Origin: the human T2T-CHM13v2.0 reference genome, Homo sapiens
Assembly (NCBI RefSeq): GCF_009914755.1
Contig: NC_060936.1
Direction: 5' to 3' (one strand)
DNA: 64,000 nucleotides
This document shows positions 54,213-64,000 of this stretch, piece after piece. The position numbers and the translations under genes were made by a program. Within the stretch, counting starts at the first letter, position 1. The number at the start of each line of letters is the position of its first letter. The notes below the pieces were generated by a model, which was not told where the DNA came from, did no database searches, and saw only the letters and a list, made by a program, of their open reading frames with translations.

Positions 54213-57200
54213 GCAACAGTAGAAAAAAGAAATGAGGCGGTGCCATGGCCACATTGGGAGGGACTCTGCCTGTCTAGACACAGGCTCTGAGACATTCTCA
54301 ACTGCCCTTCAGGCAGCAGACAGGATGGCTGGAGGCTGGGACAGAACAGGACATCTCTATCCACAGTTCACAGACACAGATTCTTAGAATATGATGGTAA
54401 CAAGAAAGAAAGGCTTGAGGAGGTACCAAGTCCAGTTAGTAAAAGATAATTATTCAAGTCAGGGAATCCAAATCTCCAGAGGGAAACTGCTTCAGTAAAA
54501 GTGGGCAGTGATTTATTAGGACACATGGAAGCAAGAACTAGAGGTGAATGTGTTAGAGTCTATTTAAAAACCTACAGGGGAAAATCCTCTCAATGTAATT
54601 TGGAAAGTAGCTTAGGAAGGTAAAGCATCCTTTTACAAAGAGTAATTAGATGGCCTTCATATTTTCCATATCTTTCACAAAAGCGTTCATTTACAGCAGG
54701 AAAAAATTGAAGAATTCCCAGGGAAACCCTTTAGTTAAGGAATCTCTTTCCCATTGCTATTTAGAGTTCTTAAATTTTATTAGAGCTTTATTTATCTGAG
54801 TCTTGGAAGTGGTTTAACCTTATTTTTTTTTCTTAAATAAAAAAAACAGGAGGAGTCATGACATTTTTATAATGGGAGACTTGGGCCTAGCTGTTGGTTT
54901 GTGGATTTGATTAGTTTATTTTTCACAAGGAAGCTTTGCTTCCAATTTGCTTGGGTGCAGGATGGAGGTGTTTGGTGTGATGTATACTCTCTGTGCTGGC
55001 AGCCACTTTAGTTCCTTCATGCACTGTTTTCCTGCAGCGTGGCATTCATTTGGATATATCCTGTGGAAAAGGGTTCCCAGAGCCTCACTGGGCATTTCTC
55101 ACTGGTCCATAGGCCTCTGGGAAGCAAAGGGGAGGTGGTCATTTTCACAGCTGGCACCACTGACCTCTTGAGCATTCATGTCCTGGAAAGTCCACACACA
55201 TCTGTGGGGCATCACTTACATTTCACTGAGGCACAACAAGAAATGGGTGGGTGCTCCACAGCCCTGCCCTCTCCCTCATTGTTCTCCAGACACATCCACA
55301 GCATCGCAGCAGGTCCTGAGGCCATGGGGGATCTTGGAGGCTGCCTGTGAAATTTCTGCTATTGTGGAGATGTACTTTGGTTTTTAGCAACATGAGAATA
55401 TTGCAGGAGCGCGGGAAGAAGTCAGGGCTCTGAGCTCTTCTAGTGCCTTTTTCCAGTGCTCCGAGGATGGGGCGCTCCCATCCTTTTCTGCTCACAGTGT
55501 GCTCAGTGCAGCAGCCTCCTACTCTGTCCCCTCAACGATTCAATGCCCTGAGCTTCCACAGCCCCATACCTCTCATGTCCCCCCTCCCTTGATGATGCTT
55601 CCACCTCTACAGGTGAAGTACAGGCCCTGCAGATTCCATCACTTCCCCCAGAGGCATCTGTCTCACTCACATCATGCTGGGGACCCTGAAGCAGAAAGTG
55701 ATCTGATTCCCAAAACACTGATTAAACGTAAAATTAATGCACATGGGAAACTTCTGCGGCTCCTACATCAGGGTGCTTGCAAAATAAAGGGCTGTTTCAT
55801 TCTTACAGCAGAGCCACTCTCCCCACACCTCCCAGAGGAGACTGCCTTTCACTGGGACCACATTAAGCCTGCCTTTCACTGGGGACCAGCTCCCATAACA
55901 GATATCAAATTTCACCACCTGTTTAGAACCAAAATTTCATGGATACATTTTCCAGTCAGCCTAATGAAGACAGTCGCAGGTATACAGACAATGGCAGTAA
56001 AAATCAGCAACAAAGACCAGTAGAAAGTGCTGGAGGGAATGAAGTAGCAACGTTCAGACAATTGCCACCCTTGCCTGCGTGCGCTGTCACCTAGGCACAC
56101 ACATCAGGAAAGCGCCCAGTCCTCAAGGCCACAGAGGATGCCTGCGAGACCTGATAGCAAAACAATGAGTGAGTGCGCTTTTATGAAACGATGCTTCTCA
56201 GTTTTATGGGTGACGTGTTTCTTTCAACTCATCAGTGTAGCTCTAGCCATACAGTTTCCCAGTGGCTCCATCACAGGGATGTGCCGCTATCTGAGGCTTT
56301 TATTCTTTGTGCTTTTTATATACAAATGACCTAATTAGAGTTGAGGTGGCAAAAGTTAGCTTAGTTCACATTTGCCACCAAAAGAGTTTGGATAACAATA
56401 TGGTCTTTTTTAAAAAAAATATTATAGTTATTATTATACTTTGCAGTGTAGTTAAGGATTGAAAAGGAAAAAAAAATAGAAATGATTTAAGAGGCAAGTA
56501 TAAGATGTACATTTTTATGTGCAAAACTAGGGTAGCACTGGCTGGTAATTGGACCTTTGTGCTTAAATCATTTTGCAGACATAACACCTGGGTTCCTGCT
56601 CTTTACTGAGACTAAATGTATCTCAGGACTTCAGAATATTTAGTGAGGTGAGCTTCGCATTGCTGGCTGGCAAATTTTCTTTGCTATCTTGAAAGTTATT
56701 CTTGGAGTTTATGGGGTTGATCTCATTGGGAAACAGAAAAGAACAATCAAATTGACAGTAACTTTGCACCAAAGCATCTGGCAGGCAGAGTAAGTGGTCA
56801 CTCCTGTTGCAAAAGCCATCTTCAGAATTGTTTTGTCTTAACACTTTGTACCTTTCATTGAGCACACATCTTCTGGGGATTGCTAAGGTGGTCTGGCCAA
56901 AGGGCTGGTCTGGACATGGTCCTTGCCTGCTTCAAAATCACTGTCAACTCACGGTACATGCCATGTGGGGTCTGGTACCCATGACCATATATTTTATTAC
57001 AATCTGTCATCTTTTCTTCTTCTCTAGACCATACATTCTTTTAAAAGTTCACAGTGTTAAAAACAACATAGATGCTCAATAAATGTCTGTTGTGTGAATG
57101 AATGATGGAATGAAGGATTGAGAGAATGGATAAGGAATTGCACAATGGCCAGAGCTCTCTTTTTCCAGTGGTGGTCTACAGGGTTGCTACATTTTTGGAA

Positions 57201-57269
57201 GACTAGAGCAAACCTCATTCATGGCTTCTGCCACCTTTTGAAGCTTACTAATAATTGCATCTACATATT

Positions 57270-57520
57270 TTAATTGACAAATAATAATTGTACTTATGGG
57301 TTGCATAGTGATGTTTTAATACATATAATGTATAGTGATCAAATCAGGGTAATTAGCATATCATCATCTCAAACATTTATCTTTCTGTTTGTTGGGAATG
57401 TTCAACATGCTCCTTCTAGCTATTTGAAACTATGTTATGTATTGTTATCTGCAGTTATCCTACTGTGGCATAGAGCACTAGAAGGCTTTCCTCCTATCTA
57501 TCTATAATTTTGTATCCTTT
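57270..57520 (-). mobile_element. L1MA 3' end fragment
   Basis: ttaattgacaaataataattgtacttatggg...caaatcagggtaattagcatatc. Confidence 0.7.
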
Positions 57521-57734
57521 TGAAGTTTCATTTGAGAGGTGAAAAGTGATCAAGCAATCCGATGCCTCCTATCCCAAGCTGCATATCTAGGTCTGTATCC
57601 ATTACAGCTATGCTTTAAGTCTGCAACCTCATTTAGCCTGTGGTACTTCTGAAAATCTCTATCTGCTGCTGGAAACTTTCAGAGCTGGAGTGACAGCTAC
57701 TCAGGGACAGCTCTCCTGCCTTTAGCATGCTTTC

Positions 57735-58185
57735 AGCTCCAAGTGATAGAACACCTCATTAACAGTGGCTGAAAGAATAGGGGATTGTGATCTCTTATAA
57801 GAAGTGCAGAGGCAGGTGATTCTATGGTTGGTAAATTCAGCAGCACAACAATGTCACCCAGAGGCTCTCTCTTTCTCCACTCAACCACATTCATAGGCTG
57901 ACTGTATCTTGATTTCAAGATGAGTGCAGCTCCTCCAGGCATCACAAATTTTACCCAGGTCTATCAGCAAGAGAGGACATTGTCCTCATGCATCTCACTT
58001 TAGCCATGAAATAAAATCTTTCCCACAATACTTACAGTAGGCTTCCCTCAGATCCCACTGGTGAGCAATAAATCCCATGCCTCTCCTTGAAGAGTGGTGC
58101 CTGGCATCTGGCTGTGCATTGGAGGCCAGCTTTGCTTCCCTGGCACACAGGCGAGAGAATGGACAGCCAGCAGCACCTGTCACAC
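57735..58185 (-). mobile_element. Old MLT1 LTR
   Basis: aagatgagtgcagctcctccaggcatcaca...cttccctcagatcccactgg. Confidence 0.5.
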
Positions 58186-60253
58186 TCTGTAAAGTTGATT
58201 ATAAGAGGATTGGAGTTTGATTGGTTTTCTTCCTAGCTTTGTAAAGGGGAATTTGCGTTTCAAAGTGGAATACTTCCTCTTGTTTGCTGGCTTGCTTATC
58301 TGGTATTATACTAATAAAATCCAACATAAAAGATGGCTTACGTTCCTCATGCAAAAGGAAAAGCTCAGGGGTGGACTGGTACCAGGAATGTGGGGTCCAT
58401 GTCCTCAAGCAGTATCCTTAGCAACTTGTCTCCCTGTCTTGATTTTTCCCAGGCAGACTCTTTTCTCCTGGAGGCAGGATGATTGCCAACAGCTCCCGGA
58501 AAACATCTGCTGACTTGGTCACTTCCAGGAGAAAGCTGCTGTCCCCAGATAGTCTCAGCACAAGTCCTGGGGTTGCTCGTCACAGGCTGTTTGGCATAAC
58601 TGGGATCAGGTGCCCATCTTGAACCACTCACTGTAGCCAGCTCTGAACCAGGGGTAGAGATCAGCCCCTAGTTGAGGGACTTGGGCAAAGAGTAGGGGAG
58701 GGGTTCCAGGTGGGCAGTGGATACTGATGGAGACAGGAGCTGGAGTGGGTGCCACGCCAGTTACCATAGTCTCCCGGGTCCTGGAATTGTGCTACAGGAG
58801 TCCAAATGGGATTCTCCAGCTCTGCAAACTCAGGAGTCACAGTTTCGGTTCATAGTGTTGATATTTCTGGTCTCTGTATAAGAAATATATTTTGTTGAAC
58901 TATGTGACTAATCAAGTTGTAATGTTTTTTAAATGAAAGAAGAATTCCTATCATAGTCATCACTTTGATTTGTGAGGATGAACACTTCGTTCTCTTTAGA
59001 AGAGATAAAAGATTACATGAGGAAAAAAGTATGTAACTAGAGTTATATAAATATAAAAAAAAACTTTTAAATTTCAATGTCCTTTATCTTTTCTTATTCT
59101 TTTTCATATTTCTAATTTGGAGCCACTTGTTCTGTAAAAGTACTTTTTTTTTCTTTTGAATTGCATTTTATTCCTTGCTAATATTCCCTTGAAATCCATT
59201 CTAAAATATGAATGAATGCTTATTTTCATTGGCTGTCATCAGATTGTGTTATCAAGTGAGATGTGAACTGCAGGATAACAGGATGAATGTGTTTGACTGC
59301 AAACCATACGAATATGACTATAGTCCTAATAAAACATTATACAAAAAGTTGCCATCTCTGCAGTCTGTCAACCTTGGGTGGGTAAAGTTTTAATACATTA
59401 TAATGTGATAAATGCCTTAAAGTACAAGCATACCTCATTTTATTGTACTTTGCTTTATTGAACTTCTCAGATATTGTGTTTTTTTTGTTTTTCTGGTTTC
59501 TTTTTTTAAACAAATTGAAGGTTTGTGGCAACTCTACATTGAGAAACTCTATTAGTGCCATTTTTTTCCAACAGCATGTGCTTACTTCATGTCTCTGTGC
59601 CACATTTTTGTAGTTCTCATAATATTTCAAGCCTTATTATTTTTATTATATCTGTTATGGTCATCTGTGACCAGTGATTGTTGGTGTTACTAGTATGAAA
59701 TATTTTAGGGCACAAAAAACTGCACTCATATAAGACAATGGACTTAATCAATAAATATTGTGTGTGTTCTGACTACTCTACCAACTGGCCATTTCCCCAT
59801 CCCTGTCCCTCTTCTAAGACTTTTTATTCCCTGAGACTACACAGTAATAAAATTAGGCCCAATAATGAGCTTACAATGGCCTCTAAGTGTTCAAGTAAAA
59901 GAAAGAGTCACGTCTCTCACTTTAAATCAAAAGCTGTAAATGATTTAGCTTACTGAGGAAGGCATGTCAGGAGCCAAGACAAGCTGAAAGCTAGGTCTCT
60001 TGCACCAAACAGCTAAGTAGTGAATGCAAAGGAAAACTTCTTGAAGGAAATTAAAAGTGCCACTGCAGTGAACACATGAATCATAAGAAAGCAAAACAAC
60101 CTTATTGCTGATATGGAGAAAGTTGGATGGGTCTGGATAGAAGACCCAACCAGGCAGAACATCCTTTAAAGCCAAAGCCTAATCCAGAGCAAGGCCCCAA
60201 CTCTCTTTAATTCTATGAAGGCCGAGAGAAGTGAGGCAGTTTCATAAGAAAAG

Positions 60254-60733
60254 TTGGAAGCTAGCAGAGGTTGGCTCATGAGGTTTAAGGAAAGAAGCCA
60301 TCTTCATAATAAAGTGCAAGGTGAAGCAGCGAGTGCTGATGGAGAAGCTACAACAAATTATTCAGAAGATCCAGCTAAGATCATTGATGAAGGTGACTGC
60401 ACTAAACAACAGATTTTCTGTCTAGATGAGACAACCTTCCATCGGAAGAGGATGCCCTCTAGGACTTTCACAGCTAGAGAGGAGAAGTCAATGACTGGCT
60501 TAAAAACTTCAAAGGATAGTCTGACTGTCTTCTTAGGTGCTATTGTTGCTGGCAACTTTAAATTGAAGCCAATACTCATTTACCACTCTGAAAATTCTCG
60601 AGTCCTTAAGAATTTTGCTAAGCCTACTCTGCTTATGCTCTATAAATGGAGCAACAAAGCCTGGACGATAGCACATCTGTTCATAGCATGGCTTAGTGAA
60701 TATTTCAAGCCCACTCTGGATCCCCATTGCTGA
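60254..60733 (+). pseudogene. Tigger1 (pogo/CENP-B-like) transposase fragment
   Basis: [12 protein letters not shown] (CENP-B-type HTH end) and QQIFCLDET...KRMPSRTF (first Asp region of the DDD domain); stops flank it. Confidence 0.85.
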
Positions 60734-61898
60734 GGAACTAAAGGTTCCTTTCAAAATATTACTGCTCATTCGCAATGCTACTGCTCACCCAAGAGCTCTG
60801 AAGGAGATGTACAAGAAGACTAATGTTGTTTTCAACATTATAAATATAAACAACATAGTGTTGTTTTAAATATATATAATTATATATAAATAAATATTAA
60901 TATACTTTTATATATTTATATAATTAATATATAAAATTTATATATAAATTAATAGTTAATATCATATTTACCATATTACATATATTTTATATATAATATA
61001 CATATTTAATATATTTGAAATGACATTTAAAATATATATTATGTTTACATTTTATATATTACAAAATGTATTTAAAATATTTATGTTTTAAATATAAACA
61101 ACATAATGTCGTTTTCACTCCTGCTAACACAACGTCCATTCTGAAGCCCACGGACCAAGAAGTAATAATGACTTTAAAGTGTTACTATTTAAAGAATGCA
61201 TTTCATAAGGCTATCGCTGCCATAGAGAGTAAGTCCTCTGATGGATCTGGGTAAAGTAAATTAAAAACCTTCTTGAAAAGGTTCACCATTCTAGATGTCA
61301 TTAAGGAGATTCATGATTCATGGAGAGAAGACAAAATATCAGCATCCACAGGACTTTGGGAGAAGTTGATTCCAACCCTCATGGATGACTTTGCAGGGTG
61401 TAAGTGGACGAAATAACTGCAGATGTGGTGGAAACAGCAAGATACCTAGAATGAAAAGTGGCATCTGAATATGTGACTGCATTGCTGCAAACTCATAATG
61501 AAATTTAAATGGATGAAGAATTGAAAAAAAGTTAATCTCTGCCGCAAACTTCATTGTTTCTTATTTTAAGAAATGGCCATAACCACCCAACCTTTAGTAA
61601 CTACCATCCTGATCAGTCCGAAGGCAGCACCATGGAGGCAAGACCCTCCACCAGCAAAAATATTATAACTCACTGAAGGCTTAGATGATCGTGAGCATTT
61701 ATTTTAAAATAAGGTATTTTAAAATTAAGATACGTACATTCATTGTTTTTTCACACATAATGCTATTGCACCCTTAATAGACTACTATATAGTGTAAATA
61801 TGACTTTCGTATGAACTGGAAGCTAAAATGTTTGTGTGACACATTTTATTGTGGTTTTCACTTTATGGTGGTGGTCTGGAACTGAACCCACAATATTT

Positions 61899-62217
61899 GT
61901 TTTTCTTTTTATTCTTTTTGGCGGGGGGGTACAGAGTATCAAGTATCACTCTGTTGCCCAGGCTGGAGTGCAGCGGTGCCATCTCAGCTCAGTACAACTT
62001 CCGCCTCCTGGGTTCAAACGATTCTCCTGCCTCAGCCTCCTTAGTAGCTGGGATTACAGGCACGTGCCACCACGTCTGGCTAATTTTTGTATTTTCAGTA
62101 AAGACAGGGTTTTACCATGTTGGTCAGGTTGGTCTCAAACTCCTGACCTCGTGTTCCCCCCAACCTTGGCCTCCCAAAGAGCTGGGATTAAAGGTGTGAG
62201 CCACCTCACCCGGCCTT
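61899..62217 (-). mobile_element. AluS inserted in Tigger1
   Basis: TSD gaacccacaatattt / gagcccacaatattt. Confidence 0.9.
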
Positions 62218-62837
62218 GAGCCCACAATATTTCTGAGGTATGTCTGTATTGTTTAAAAAGTATTGTAAGGGTTACAGTATATGGGAACTCTCTGCACTTT
62301 CCATTCATTTTTTTTTCTGTCAATCTAAAACTGTTCTAAGGAAAAGAAAATCACCAATTTAAAAAGTTTTGTAGGTGAAAACTTGGATTTTGTTAAAAAT
62401 ATAGAAAAACTTCATATTTTGATGAACTCTCACCATGAAGAATTATGAATGATGAAGGTATAAGCCATTCAGTAAAGACTAATGTTGCCAAAGGAGAAGA
62501 GATGAGGAAAAATCAAGCAAGGTTGGCAGTGTTTTGACAGGTAATACCAGACCAAAGGAAGTGCAAGACACATAATGGATTTGTCATGTGGCAACCTCAT
62601 GTCATCAGATAACATGGACAGGGCGTTGTTCCTTGAATGATTTATATCTGTGTTCTTGTGAACTGATTTCTAGAGAAAATAAACTGTATCATCTTATGTG
62701 GCCAGGAACTATTCTATAGAGCATGCCTTGAACTAAACATTCAAATAGAAACTGAGTGAAAAGCACAGTGGTCCACCATAGAAAGAAAAGTTTGTGCTTC
62801 TTTATAGTATGGAGGAATAGCAAAACCCTAGTGCAGA

Positions 62838-63205
<368 letters not shown>

Positions 63206-63949
63206 TAATCCCAACTCAAGATAAATTTAAGAGCAAAGTCAAATTCTCACTAGGGGTGCTTCGGTGTTTGGATGTCTAAAACCAATCTTTCTGAAATTCC
63301 TATTTGCATACATTAATTGATTCAGAAAATATCTTAAGCAATTGAGCAGAGGACAGACTCACATTATTGGTTAATTTGAGATCCATTGCCTTTTGTGCAA
63401 TTAAACATTTAACACTATGCCAAAAAAAAAAGCAGTGTTAGTAAAACTTAGATACTGAGACAAGCATAATTACATAACATAAGCAAATAAAACACAAGCA
63501 AATACAATCTTGTATTATTTGCATTTATTTAATTTCTGATGAGATTTAACAGCATTGGGTTTTAACCTTTATCCTGTTTTATAAAAATTGCTAAGGCTTT
63601 AAATATGTTCTTATCTTTAGTTTTATTATTATTATTATTGCCTTAGAAGATTATTGCCTTTTTTTTGTGACCAAAGCTAGTCATAATTTTTCTGTAAGTT
63701 AGGGACCCCCTTCAAACTATGGAGAGGGAAGCAATGGAATGGGACATTATGAAACTTCTTGGTTGGTTTATTACACATTTGCTCTTGTTCCCCTTCCAGT
63801 GGACTTTCTGATTTGCTGCTGAGAACTCTGCTGCGCTTGCTCCACTCTTGCCCCCAGTTCCCTTTGGGAATTGCTGGCCTGAGTCACTGTTAATTGTATA
63901 CCTGTAGAAGAGTTGAGCCTGGAGAAAATATTACAAAGCACTGATTTAT

Positions 63950-63974
63950 GACTTTTTCTCTCTTATCTTCACAG
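63950..63974 (+). other. Candidate 3' splice acceptor (exon would start at 63975)
   Basis: tgactttttctctcttatcttcacag: polypyrimidine tract plus CAG, same strand as the CpG-island donors. Confidence 0.35.
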
Positions 63975-64000
63975 AAAAACTTAATAAATGTAAATTTTTT

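Larger units (their letters stand above)
59425..62246 (+). mobile_element. Tigger1 DNA transposon, end-to-end, decayed
   Basis: TA|CAAGCATACCTC ... GAGGTATGTCTG|TA terminal inverted repeats with TA TSD; transposase remnants inside. Confidence 0.92.

Noticed and set aside
55499-56023. 174-aa ORF containing a short AFHW duplication
   Set aside because: Non-ATG start and no homology recognised; the repeat is a small local DNA duplication (ctgcctttcactggg x2)

Overview
Primate, human-like genomic DNA (Alu, L1, L2, MIR, THE1/MLT1/MER41/LTR18 LTRs, Tigger1). I can support no intact protein-coding exon, and nearly all listed ORFs are repeat-derived or spurious. A CpG-island promoter at ~29.8-30.65 kb has + strand splice donors. 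It appears to start a gene with non-coding first exon(s) and a first intron of more than 33 kb, with a candidate acceptor at the very end of the window. I cannot name this host gene. The most notable observation is a heavily decayed TGF-beta type II receptor (TGFBR2-like) gene fossil at ~4.84-7.14 kb (+). It is visible only by stitching reading frames: signal peptide, Cys ectodomain remnants, TM-entry motif and kinase motifs fall in the correct order, interrupted by a MIR and an AluJ. Other items are a 37-bp VNTR (~28 copies), a MER41 LTR with STAT motifs plus a CRE/kB cluster upstream of the promoter, three AT-rich templated-insertion scars, a 5'-inverted old L1, and an end-to-end Tigger1. 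Repeat family names come from recall of consensus sequences, not from a search, and most boundaries are approximate.
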